This document shows positions 13,206 to 25,200 of a stretch of DNA of 64,000 nucleotides, in pieces; within the stretch, counting starts at the first letter, position 1, and each line of letters begins with the position of its first letter. The translations under genes and the position numbers were made by a program. This stretch comes from Sarea resinae (taxonomy: Eukaryota). Under the pieces are notes generated by a model, which was not told the DNA's origin, ran no database searches, and saw only the letters and a list, made by a program, of their open reading frames with translations. The stretch is taken from the NCBI GenBank assembly GCA_026026165.1, contig JAPEUD010000024.1, forward strand, positions 1 through 64,000, written 5' to 3'.

Positions 13206-15248
13206 ATGGCTCCTCCGATTCGCCCCAAGCTCTCGATAACGCTCCCCCGCAATTTTACGTTTCATTACACTGACGGCCAAGCTCCGAAGACTCCAGAGCC
13301 GCGGACGGAAGAAACAGGTGAACTAAGACCTCCATCTCCTCCCGTCTATCGCGTTCGACGCCGAATCCGACCCGTTGTCCCGTTCTCGGCTTCAGTCACG
13401 CAATCTATCAACCAGGCTCAATTCCAAGATGTTCCAGTACCCACTATTGAGACCTCCGAGGCTCACCTAGACTCCAACAATATCGAACCCGAGCCAAAAG
13501 CCGAGCCTGTGGAAGGCTATCTTGCCCCAATACCGCCTCAGCCTCCTTTCATGTCGCCACCGAAGACGCCGTTAGGCCAGATTCTCACAAGCTTCGAGGA
13601 TGCCCAAGCACAGAATGAGAGGCCGGATTGGGGTCGGAGTGGAGCTCACAGCCCCGAAGGCAGCATCAGCCGTCCCGCATCTGCGTGTTCCGTTTTCTCA
13701 GACTCGTCAGAGTCCTCACATGGCAGCGCTGAATCATTTCCATCCACTGGCTGCAGCTGTACGAGTCCGGACAGCGATGCGTCTGATCCCTTCCACCATC
13801 ATAGTGGCGATTTCAAGGGCTGTCGTTCCTCTCCGCTCGTGGACCACTGCGAGCGTCATGGAATGAACATACAGCGACGCGTACGCTCTACCTGGACTGA
13901 TGAAATGGATCACCATCTCTGGACAACTTATGTAGTTTACCTGCAAGACCCCACAGTGACTCCATTCAAGATGCTACCTGGGAGCACACCACCTTTGGGT
14001 ATCTGCCATCGAGTGGCTAGAGAAGCCAAACGTGCCTGGAAAGGTCCTAAGCCTCATCTGTCGACGATCTCCGAAAGCCGAACTATGACGGAGATCAAGG
14101 GCAAACAAGTTCTACGTGATGTCGACGAAGATGATACTGCTGCCAAGCCTAATGAATCGCCCGATACAATCAAGGGAAGCAGAAGTGGAAGCAATACGCC
14201 TACCGGCCCTAAGGCTCCAAAGCCGGCTTGCAAATGGCCACACTCCCAGTCTTCTACTAGGAAGAGACTTCGAGAGCTTTGCAAACGAAAGCCTTCATTA
14301 TCTCCATACTACCAGCGCCTGATCCAGACAAGAAGCCCGTCGCCATTTCAATCTTCGCGTTCGCGTTCCCGCTCATCTCGTCTGTCTTCTCCATTCGGCG
14401 GCAACAATCAGCAACCATCCTTCTCAACACGTGATATGAATATGTCTCTGACAACCAGCGTTTCCACGACGATGCAACCCCAGAGCGCTTTAGCTCAACT
14501 AGCGCAAGAAAATTCCGCTGTGGATCAACGTGGCGAGGAATGGTTTGGCCAGCCCATGGACTGTTCACAAAGCAATGACCTACAACCCTTGCAGCTTGGC
14601 CTCGGTATTGACGGAGTCGCAGGCAGACCGAATAATATGCCCAGGCTTGGTTCTCCGTTTGGAAATCTCCCCAATGCTCCGGGACCCATGGATTCTTCTC
14701 CTATGCGGCCATCGACTCCCAGGACTCAATCCGACAGCCTCACCATCCCAGCAATTGCTCTGAGATCACCAGCTCGTCTTCAAGATCCTATGCCATTCAC
14801 CAGCGTATTGAAGCGTCGTGCACAGCATCAATTGGAAGATGAACTTAGCCCCGGTGGGAGTGACATGCGTCGTAACTTCGTGGAGGAGCTATTTGGAGCA
14901 CCTGCTGAGATCAGCCACCGTCGAGTTCGGAGCAGGGGATTCAGCTTGGGGGACATTGGCAGTGCCGGTCGTTTCACCACTATGATCACGCCTCCGAGCA
15001 CTTATGATCAATTGAACAGCTCTGAATTTGCCGACGTCCCGTCTTTTGAAGGAACTCTTGCCCCGCCAATGGCACCGGACCCAAACCAGCGACTTGGATC
15101 ACCTTTTGGTGGTTATCCTAAAGTCACAGCGCCCTCGAACGCCTTTTCAAACGTCCCAGCATATTCTTTTGAACAGACGCCATCAATTGGTCAGCGACTT
15201 GGAGAGAGAGACGAGGACGATCCATGCAGCAAGCGACTCAGAGGCTGA
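13206..15248 (+). CDS. conserved filamentous-fungal hypothetical protein, Ser/Pro-rich with one globular core (680 aa, intronless)
   Basis: First ATG of the long ORF, in strong context (GCCGCGACAATGG). Core WTDEMDHHLWTTYVVYLQDPTVTPFKMLPGSTPPLGICHRVAREAKRAW...KWP...TRKRLRELCKRK; many SP/TP sites and repeated RLGSPF motifs. Confidence 0.85.
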   Translation: MAPPIRPKLSITLPRNFTFHYTDGQAPKTPEPRTEETGELRPPSPPVYRVRRRIRPVVPFSASVTQSINQAQFQDVPVPTIETSEAHLDSNNIEPEPKAEPVEGYLAPIPPQPPFMSPPKTPLGQILTSFEDAQAQNERPDWGRSGAHSPEGSISRPASACSVFSDSSESSHGSAESFPSTGCSCTSPDSDASDPFHHHSGDFKGCRSSPLVDHCERHGMNIQRRVRSTWTDEMDHHLWTTYVVYLQDPTVTPFKMLPGSTPPLGICHRVAREAKRAWKGPKPHLSTISESRTMTEIKGKQVLRDVDEDDTAAKPNESPDTIKGSRSGSNTPTGPKAPKPACKWPHSQSSTRKRLRELCKRKPSLSPYYQRLIQTRSPSPFQSSRSRSRSSRLSSPFGGNNQQPSFSTRDMNMSLTTSVSTTMQPQSALAQLAQENSAVDQRGEEWFGQPMDCSQSNDLQPLQLGLGIDGVAGRPNNMPRLGSPFGNLPNAPGPMDSSPMRPSTPRTQSDSLTIPAIALRSPARLQDPMPFTSVLKRRAQHQLEDELSPGGSDMRRNFVEELFGAPAEISHRRVRSRGFSLGDIGSAGRFTTMITPPSTYDQLNSSEFADVPSFEGTLAPPMAPDPNQRLGSPFGGYPKVTAPSNAFSNVPAYSFEQTPSIGQRLGERDEDDPCSKRLRG

Positions 15249-16966
15249 TCTTGTTGTCTTTCAGCTCGAGACATCAAGCCCTTTTTCGAGACCTCCCAGG
15301 CTCTGTCGATCCTCGCGGTCACTGGAAGAGTATTGTGTGGTCTGCATCATGAAGGACTCTATTTCTCGTCTGCAAAAACTCTGGTGGCGGGGTCGGCGTT
15401 TGGCGCAACGTGGGTCCTTCGGTACAGCTAGTGCCGGAGTAGGCGCAACCCTTTTCACCGCGATTTTCTACCAACTACAATTGCATTTTTGCTATCATTC
15501 TCGCCTTGTGTTTCTAACACTGCATCATGCCTCACAGCTAGGCCTTTTCATTTGTCCTGTAAGCCTGTCTTCTCGATTTCAGCATTGAATGCAAGCATGG
15601 ACGACGGCGATGATCAATGTTTTCTCTACCATTTCTTCCGCATGAGATGCATACATTTTTTTTAATTTGCATGGGCAAATCCAGCCCCCATCATCTCCGC
15701 TTGTTTTTGTTCGGGGTTCTCTATTCCGATATGTCACCCGGGGACAAGCGGATTGCATATGCTCCTCTTCCTCTTTTTCTTCTTTTCGGTACGGACTTGA
15801 CGAGGCTACGAACTGTCGCAAATCACCATTTTCACGAAACTTGTTGTACCATTTCTCTCTCCTAGGCTGTCAAGGGCATGGCTCACGCGGGGAACTGTTA
15901 CGCACAACAATGCCGCTGTGCCCTCAACTTGCATGTAACTAGACAAACAAAATCTAAGGCCGACGCGGCCGTTTGCATAAATCGGACCAGCCATGTATGA
16001 GACGAAGCCGCACTTGATTGACAACAGCTCCAGCACTTCGAGTTCCCGTCCTTCGTAGCCGCGATGACTCGTGATGCTCGGCATTTATGTGAGTGTGGGA
16101 TGACGGCGAAGGACAACACCGGTGCGTTCCTGCATTCCGGCCCTTCTATCCTTCCTGCAACATTTCTACCCCTCGTTCAGCGATACCCATCCTGGCATTC
16201 CGTAAACGAGACACGGCCAGGGCAACCCAGATGCCCCACAGCAACGTAACAGAGCTGCCCTGAACCGATCGATCGGCTCTAGGATGCTAGCCCCATGGAC
16301 ATCTCCAATCAACGTCCCTCGCTCCTGGCTGTGTCTACCATGAAGAGGTACCGACATAGAGTCCCGAAGATATGGTGATTTCCTAACGACGGAGCCTTCT
16401 CGACCATCGACACAATGTGCGCTCATGACACGGCCCAATGCTGCTGCTGCCGCTGCTGCAGCATCTCAGTCATCGCTCCATAATGCTCCGGATATGGTGA
16501 TTATTGATTACCTAGGAAGAGCCGGAACTTAAACCGATTTAGGGCTATGGATAGCTGCGGCAGTCACCTAGCCCGTGGCATTTGACTTGTCTAGTGCTAT
16601 TGAGGACGACGTCGTGTCCGGCTGCTTGCATCGGCAGTTGGCGGACAACTACCTACCTACCTATGCACTCGACATTTCATGTGCAACGGCTAACTTGAGG
16701 TGCTAACAATTTGGTGACGTGAGTGATAGAAGTTATGAACGTTGTGAGAATTGCGCTCGGACTGGGGAGCATTGGGGCGGGGTTGCTGAGAGCATATTAA
16801 GATGGGGTTATCCTGTGGCCGGTGATTTTGTTTGCTTGTTCAACATAACATTGGAACGATTAGACATTTCGACCATCACAGCATTGGCTTTTAGGAAAAG
16901 AATAGTCCTATTTCTCAAGTCTTTATTGATTCTTCAACCCCAAGAGAGTTGACCTGAGAACGAATA

Positions 16967-17832
16967 ATGGCTACATTCAACGTGGAAGATCCATATCACA
17001 CGGAGCAGCCGGCTCTGAGCACCTACGCCTCCGATGCACTACGCAACAATTCTTCCGGAGATGATCCAGACAAAGAAGCATTGGAAAGATTCAAGGTCCG
17101 CGAGATCTGTGAAGGATGGGGTAGTTATCGAGATGCAGCAGAGTACGGATACCCCGCCGCAAACTCCATCATGCGTCCTTTCGCCGCTTGTTGGGACTGA
17201 CTCCCTAATGAAGCTAACAAAAACGTCTTGTGGGCAATAGGTGGCAGAACTACAGTTCCATGTTCTTCGACGACGCCTACATCGCGACTTCATGGAAACA
17301 AGGGTCCCTTCCCGAATTCATCGCGGCCTCCAAAGCTGGCTTTGCCAAGGGCTCGCGCTTCATGTATATTCTGCACCGCATCATCGGCTCCGCCGTAGAG
17401 ACCAACCGTGCCCTCACCCGGGCCGTCTGCAAGCAGAAAATCACCATCACTTGCCGCTTTACCTTCCCGGATCCCAAGGGTGAGCTCGTCGAGATGGACA
17501 ACGAGGCCGACTGCCGATTCTTCTTCCTGCTCGAGAAGCGTCAGGGGCGATGGGGCGTTTGCTTCTACACTTTGCTCTTTGACAAGGACAAGTTTGTGCC
17601 GGTCAACCCAGGCAAGGCGTTCGACGTGCCCGAGGACGAGTGCAGGAAGTTCCCCTCTGGATATAGGTATTTGGCCTGGGCGGAGGTCCGCAATGGCACG
17701 CCGCCGAAGATGAACCTCAATTCGCATGGGCCGGAGAAGAATATTTTGTATGGGAAGTGCAAGGACTGGTTGGAGGGTAAGCAGGTGAAGCCGGATCTGA
17801 CTGGGGAGGATATCCCGGATTGGCATCCTTGA
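16967..17832 (+). CDS. SnoaL-like (NTF2-fold) protein, pea pathogenicity protein 2 (PEP2)-like
   Basis: ALERFKVREICEGWGSYRDAAE|WQNYSSMFFDDAYIATSW...ILHRIIG...RAVCKQKITITCRF...EADCRFFFLLEKR...FPSGYRYLAW; intron 17143-17240 (GTACGG...GCTAAC...TAG). Confidence 0.8.
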
Positions 17833-18219
17833 GCCATTTTTACGTCTATATACCTTCGGTCTGTCTGTTTATCATAGACACGTTTGATGATTGGTAGAAT
17901 AGAGATATACTCGTAGAGAGCGAATATATACACCTCCAGCTCTTACTTCTAGATCGATAGGTCTCCCATGCTGTCACGATGTAGCCAGCCACCTTTAGTA
18001 GCCAACGGGCATCAAATGCCATCGCCCTCGACGGGATACAACGTTCTACTCATCCCTGAAAGATCCTGGCCTCTCTCCTGTCTACTCCTCTATTGCGGTA
18101 CTTGACAGTGCTGGCTTCAATATCGATCGATGCCAGCCAGCCGGCAGAATTCCAACTGGCCGATTACGTAAGCGGGAGGCGGTGTGAGAGGTCCCAGCCA
18201 ATCGCCGAGTCTATGAGGG

Positions 18220-18400
18220 AAAATCGTCGAACGTCTCGGGCTTTGGTTACTTTACCTACCTGCCACTGCTACCGCTCCCCGCATAAGGTATGCAACACTT
18301 TTATCATCGAACGTCTCGCGCCTTTGTGACATTGCCTTGCCTGCTACCGTTGCCAGGAGATTTTTGCACATTTATCGTCGATCGTCGAACGTCTCACTCT
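18220..18400. repeat. degenerate ~79-nt tandem repeat, 3 copies
   Basis: TCGAACGTCTC at 18227, 18307 and 18385, with shared flanks (TTTATC.TCGA, CTTTG, CTGCTACCG). Confidence 0.7.
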
Positions 18401-18420
18401 AGGCGCTTTGGCACAGGGGA

Positions 18421-18666
18421 CCTGTGGAAGTCCTGTGATAGGCTCGTTAGGTAGCCCAATAGCGAGTTTCTGGACTTTTTTCGTCGGTCGTGCCTGTCTC
18501 TCTCCCCCTGGCTATCACTCCAGATTCTGAGGGTTACCTTACTTACCTTAGGTACTTGAGATACGCCTATCGACAGTATCTCTGAGTACCTGTGAAAGTC
18601 CTGTGACAGGCTCGCTAGGGAGCCAATAGCGAGTTTTTGGACTTTTTTCGTCGGCCGTCTCTCTCC
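18421..18666. repeat. imperfect ~80-nt direct repeat, 2 copies 168 nt apart
   Basis: CCTGTGRAAGTCCTGTGAYAGGCTCGYTAGG...CCAATAGCGAGTTTYTGGACTTTTTTCGTCGG at 18421-18505 and 18589-18666. Confidence 0.85.
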
Positions 18667-19096
18667 GGTCAGCACGATCGGTTCTGATGTTTCTTCGTCC
18701 TCGTTGTGAAGGGAGTATGTATGCATGTACCCAGGTAGGTATACTCTATAAATCACTTCGCAGGCTTGGTCGCGCACCCCACCACCACCAACTCTTCCTT
18801 TTCTACTCTCCCTTCATTGCTAGAGAGGTCACAATTAGCATTTTGGATATTTCACTTCGATTCCATCATGCATGGACGAGAAGATTATGATTTCCTCCTG
18901 TGTTTTCAGCCTTGGCTATAGTAGGAAGAATGGAATGGTTCACCAAGGAGTAAAACACTTTAGTTCACCGGGAGAAAACATCTTCATTCATATATGCACA
19001 AGCAGCGGATCTTAATCTATTTTTTATGCTCAGAATGGCATACGAGAAACCAAGGCGCGTCTCTTTCCAGAGCCGCTTCCTGAGCCTGAACGAACA

Positions 19097-22000
19097 CTAC
19101 CGCTGCAGCTGTTTCCTCGCAGACGTGCACCAGTTCTGCCAATCTGTGAACAGCGACGGCTGGGCCTGGCACCCCTTCTCCAGGACCCACCGCGTGAGAG
19201 TATCAGCATAGATCTTTACAGCCTGCTTGAAGTTCTCGCGATCATGTCCCACGAGGACCTTGACAAGCAGAAGGCTAGCCTGGCTGCAAGCATTTGAATG
19301 GGCGTGCGAAGCCTCCCTCGTAGCCTCTCCATGCACCTCCCTCAGGAGCGTCCAGGTAGCCTCAACGTCGGTCGGCGTAGCGACATCTTTGCCTTTACAA
19401 GCTTTGGCATATTCTCTGATGACACTGCAGGCCTTCTCCGACACCTGTTTGCTGGTCGAGGTTCGGATGAGTTTCAAGAGCGGGAGGATCAGGTCGAGCG
19501 CGAGTGGGTTTGCATGCTGCCGTTTGACGTATATCTCGAGGAGATCGAGGACTCGATTCTTGAAGTTGACAATGGTCTCCTTGGCATCTTTCTTCTCTTG
19601 CTTTTTGCTAGCCACCTTCTTTCTCTCTTGAAAAACCTTGGTCAGATGCGGTTCCAGGGCCATCATTTGCTCATCATCCATGTCCTCGTCAGAGTCATCA
19701 TCATTTTGACCGACGTCCTCGTCTGCACGATGAGTACCAAGAGCCTCGGCAAGCTTTGCGTCGAATTGTTTGAGCTCGTCCGAGTCGCCCTCTTCGTCGT
19801 TGGATGCATCGTCCGATAAAGCATCAATCTCCTCCACGTCATCATCTTCGCTGGAGTCATCTTGATCTTCTTCTGAACTTTGGCTACTAGAATCGACGCT
19901 CTCTACATCCGAACCCTCGCTGTCAAGCATGTCTTCGTCGTCGACTTCTTCCGCATCTTGATCGAACATTTCTTGTTGGCCGACCATGCTTTCCTTGGTC
20001 TCCAAAACCTGCAATATATATCAGCTATGAAAGGAGGTAGTAAGCTAATTGTGACGAATACGAACCGTGATCATTGATTGTAGACCTTCAGAAGTGATAT
20101 CTGCCGCGAAAGCAGTGAAGACTTGTTGCGCTAATTTTCGAAACAAAACCGAAGGTTTAGATACGAAACTCAGGAGAACTTCAACAAGGATATCCGAAGC
20201 TTCTTCACCGCCACCCTTTTTCGGGTCGAGAACCTTCTCTGAGCATGCTTTGAGTTCGTCCAGGATGGATATGGCATCTCCATCGCCATTGTAAACTTGT
20301 AAGATAGTGAGAGAATAGAGAAGTTTGAACGCGCGAAGATGGGCCTTTCGAACCCCTTTTCGTGATTGCTCCTGTTAATGTGTCAGGGACTTGAACGGAG
20401 AAAATCTTCGAAATAGCTACCTTCTTGTGGATATCCTCGAGCAATTTTCGCGCACGTTTCACAGCCTTTTCAATAGAACTGTCGGCATTAAACAGAGAGA
20501 CGCTCATCGGGTCATTTGATTCGCGGTCTCGTATCTCGCAGACAACAAAGTAGGGAAACCGGGCCGGAGTCTCCGATTCCGCAGACAGCATATGCGTCAA
20601 GCAGGAAGATACCCTGGATTGAAACATCTCCTGTGATTTTGGCGACAATGGCGGCTCAGGGAGCAGCTCAGGATTCGCAGGGTCAAGCTGCGCTCTAAAA
20701 TATCCATAGCCTATGAACACTGAAAGTATGCGCTGGATCCATCTGCTTGGATCCTCTTCGACAGCAGCATCGGATTTCCCAGCTGTCCTAGATCTGAGTG
20801 CCGATACTAGCTGATCAGCGAGCAACTGGCGTCTTGCTTCCGAGGCTTTTTGCTCCTGAACTTGTGGCTTAGCGATCAAGCGACTGAAGAGAGATACTGT
20901 ATCTGCTAAAGCCGAGTCACTGCATTGCACCAGCAACCGCTCGACTGTCTTGGTCTTGGTGCTTTGATCGAAATTTATTGCTCCCTTCTCTGAAAGGAGC
21001 TGTTCAATGATGGCCGATGCTACGGTGGGGTCTGCTTCGACCTTTGCGTGTATCGCTTTTAGCGCCTTTTGTGCTGCACCATGAAGATATCTATCCTTGC
21101 TCGAAAGCTGGTTCTTCAGTGATCTCATAAAGTTCTTGCCGAAAAGAACTGGAAGCAGCTGTTCTGGAGCATCCTGCAGTACCTTGCCGAACAAAAGGAA
21201 GCCCCAGAATTTCCGTTCATCAGACGAGGAAGCAGCAAACAAGCCGTCTGCGAAAGTCAGCATCAATACAGTCCAGAAAATAAACCAAAACGTACTGTCT
21301 ACAACCTCCTCCCAGAATTCCGTTATGTTGATGCGTTTTCGTTTCGCTGAATCTTTGGTTGACTGATCCGCCAGAAGAAGGTTTGACAAGACCACGTCCC
21401 ATGCGAATGGCAACTTGGGAGTCCACATGCCCTTCTGAAGACCTGATTGTCCGTCGGTCTCCTTTTCATCACTTTGACCACTTTCTTTCAACGCCTTGGT
21501 CAGGGCGCTCTTCTCTTTGCGATGCAACGGATCTTCGTCACGCCATATGCCTTTCACAAGCCGCGCTTCTGGAAAAAGCGACTGCACCGTGAGCCATATG
21601 GCAACGCCCTCCGATGATTTTGCAAGCCCGTTTGCAACTAATCTGTCCAGTGCAATCTCAGCATACTTTTTGTCGATTGCCTTCAAGGAAAGAGTCCTTA
21701 TCGCCCCATATATGATCCAACCGCATTCTTCGAGCAACCATGACTTCTTCCTGGCCAGGTCATAGATTATATCAAGAACATGAGCCCAGTGTTCTGTATC
21801 GGAGGATGGCTGGAAAAGGACCAAGGATTTGATCACGGCTTCGGCACCAAAGAGACGACCAAGATGGTGATCTCGCTCTTCCTAGTAAAACATCAGCGCA
21901 GCCAACCATGACAGTCTTCGAACGGCTTACCTGGCCGGACACGCCGCCTGTTGGCTGGGTTCTACTCTTCAGGATCTCGACCACCCTGTCGATATCTAGC

Positions 22001-22293
22001 TTGAGATCAGGAATGTCACTGCTCTCTGGCCCAAGGACTTGGGTCAGAAATTCCGTGAGGGCTACAGAGAAACCAATCCGTGCGGCTTTTCGAGGGCTAG
22101 CAAGTCCTCGGAAAAGGCGATTGAGCACATTCTCAACGACCTGCACAGACGGGCTATTTCTGGGTGATAATTTCGATAAAAGTGTTTGCGCGGCCTTGAG
22201 TCTTATCTTCTCGTCAGGATTTGCCAAGTCCTCGTAGATTTCGACCAACTCCACATCTACGTTGGATTCTTCGCGACGGCGCTTCTTCGACAT
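19097..22293 (-). CDS. pol5: Pol5 / DNA polymerase phi (MYBBP1A-like nucleolar ribosome-biogenesis factor)
   Basis: MSKKRRREE...IYEDLAN...RLKAA...RLFRGLASPRKAARIGFS; EERDHHLGRLFG; ECGW; SDERKFWGF; INFDQSTKTKTV; acidic tract and MDDEQMMAL...FKNRVLDLLEIY. Introns include 21930-21882 and 21295-21248. Confidence 0.93.
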
Positions 22294-25200
22294 GTCTTAG
22301 ATGGACAATTCTCCTTGGCCTTCCTTTGTATCGCAACTTCTCGATTGAATCATTAACAGCATGAAATTCTTTAGGACCTCGCTAGCGAGAGAGCGGCATT
22401 CGCCGCGCATTGATCGAACTTGGGCCCCAGCCGAATTTTGCCTGTGATCTACGGAGTAAGGTATATATCCCTTGCCGGCCATTTCCTTGGCCGTATTCTG
22501 CACAATGATATGGCTTGAGAAGACAGGAAAGTTGCATAGAAACAGAGAGATTCAGATTCATTCAGAAGTAATCTACATCCAAATCTTGCTTGGCAAACGT
22601 CTCATCCACTCTTCGATACATACTATGAGTAGACACCTTACGCACTGAGCAGCACAGGACAGTCAGTATATCAGTTGCGAAGATCAATCGTGCATACTAC
22701 TCTAAGGTAGTAGAGTATGGGTTCCATAACCCAAGATAGCATTTCCGAGACATGCTGTGGACCTCTATTACTTCATACATACGCAGGCCCGGCTATGATT
22801 TCCACCTCCCGTTCGGATTGGACTGGAATGCAGGGAGACTGGTGGGCGACAACGTGGGGACCCGTCCGCAATGCAATGTAGAATCCTAGGAGGTAGAACT
22901 GGGGAATCCAGACGTTGGAGAGATCTCAACGCCCATATCTAGACCCGACCGTAAAATGCCTCGAAAGCCAGAGGACAGGCTCGAAAATGATAGGCTTGCC
23001 GTTGAAGCGAGAGCTTTGCTCGGCTGCACATTTGAGCCAGCGTCCTTCTGAGGTGGACTTGTTTTTAGACTGTGCCGATGATGAATGGATCGAAAAGTTT
23101 ATATATGTGCAAAAAAAAAGTAGCTCAAAATACTGTCAAACTTGGTGGAGAGTCTTGGCGGATCAAGAGCGACGCAAACAATATGTACTCTGGAAATGTA
23201 CGGGTCCATCAATACGGGAGTAGGTAGGTAGCCGTCAGTAAGGTAAGGTAAGGTAAGGTACCTTCGGTAAGGTACCTTAGTCACGATCTCTCGTGCAACA
23301 TTCGTGTTGTTTAGTCTTGGCATCCACACGTCAATCGGGGAAGGCCAGACATCCTCGCGAACCGGATCGGCAGAGGACCGCCAGAGCAACAGAGCGCCAA
23401 AGGAAAGGCCATAGCCTCCCCTTTGGAAGTGACGAAAATTGTGGCAAAGCCCTTGTCCTTGTCACTTCTCATACAAAGGCGGGACGGAGCCAACGTGACG
23501 GGTCCAGAAAGTGGGTGTCAACGAGCCACCGCGGCGACGGCGTGACCGAAAGTCTAGCCGGAGAATTCATTACCTTAAGTGGTGTATCTTCCAGATTGAG
23601 GCATGGCCTCGATCGACTCCACCATGCTCGTCCTGGGCTAGCTCACGGTTGTCATGAATGCCAGAGTGAGCTTCCAGAATAAGAATTTGATCGACTTGGA
23701 CAGTTGGCAGAGACTCGATGTTATTCATAGCAATTCCGTCAGGAGACCCGTGTTTTTGTACGCTCTACTCGTGCATACTCTCGGCAGTACTCTAGGTAGT
23801 GATGACAATGTCTGTGAGTGCCATTCACGTCATATCAGCGGTCGCTGCTACACTGGTTGATTATGATGGCATAGCCTCCAAGGAGAGATCGAGATCTGGT
23901 CGGAAGATCTCTCAATTTGATTCGTGCCGTAAGGGTTCTCCTGGCATATGGAAGCCGACTAACGGAACAAGCTTCCAATTGGGTATGGCGTAATGGGTGA
24001 GCATTGACGGGTTGGCGTTTCGCAAGAATCAAGGATGAGGGATCGTCGGGACGGCGGAGAAGACAAGTGCTCTCGAGCATTTTAGTCTGAGCATGAGCGC
24101 TTGTATCCCGGGTAACAAACTCTGGCGTTCGGCGAGCGGTGGACGGAGTGTCCATCCCGGGTACTAGAGCAAGGTACCTCACAGAGCTGTGGTCCCACTG
24201 AGAGTTCCCACCCATGCCTTGGAGCGGAAGGGTCGTCTTCTAGAGTTGAGCCAGCGTCACTGCAGGAACGAAGTTTGGCAGGCTGCAAACAGCCCAGATC
24301 ACTTCGCTTCATTAGGCGAATCCATTCTAGGCAGGGCCAGAGAGCGAGGACCGGACCACGGTAGGGCGTGGCTTATGCTCGAGCATTGAATTGTATTCGT
24401 AAGAGTGCTCTGCTGAATGTCAGATCTTCTTCGGGCCGCGGCTGAGGCAGACGAATAAGGATGCTCAAGAGACGGACCTAAAGTATCTGCGTAATTCGTG
24501 CAGCCGCCCCGTTGCTTCGTGAGGATGGAAAACCGCAGCCCTGGAGGGCAGCAGTAGTACCTACCTTAGTGAGGGCTCCGTATGTGCTATGAGTACGGAG
24601 TAATCGAGCAATCAAGTTGGGAACAGAATTCCCGCCCGCGAGCCTGCCTGGGAGCCCAGTAACTTATGCATAACGAAGGTCCAAGTCACAGTGAGGCAGG
24701 CCAATGAAGTGGTCGAAGGCCGTTCCCTTGCGCCGTGCCACATTCGATAGCTCAAAGTCTGTCTGCAAATGATAAGGCAAGGCAGGGAGCTCGCTTGAGT
24801 ACGAGTAGAGTAGAGTAGCGAGTACCTTAGGTAGGTAGCATGGTGACCCCCCCGCTCCGCTCTTCTAGGTACAGCGCCGAGCTGCCGTCGAGCGAGAACG
24901 CAGGCCAAGCCGCAACCTCAAATACCTTACCTTACCTTAAGTTGCCTTACTCGTAAGGTATCCTGATACTAGTAGCAATACTAGCAGAGTACCGACCTCA
25001 TGTACGTAGAGTCGCCTCTTTGACGGCTTATTGTTGTGAGTTGATGCAATGGCGCGAGACGAAGAAGAAGACAGGGTCTGTTTGACATTCCCAGGCTTGC
25101 CATTCCGCTCTAACTTACCTTACCTTAGTGCACGCGAGCTCGAGCTCTCTCTGAACGATCAGCATGGAGTTCTGCTGCCCGAAGAGGCAAAAAGAGGGCT

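Noticed and set aside
18220..18666. CRISPR-like array
   Set aside because: The context is eukaryotic, the repeats are degenerate and the spacers are themselves related, and there are no cas genes.
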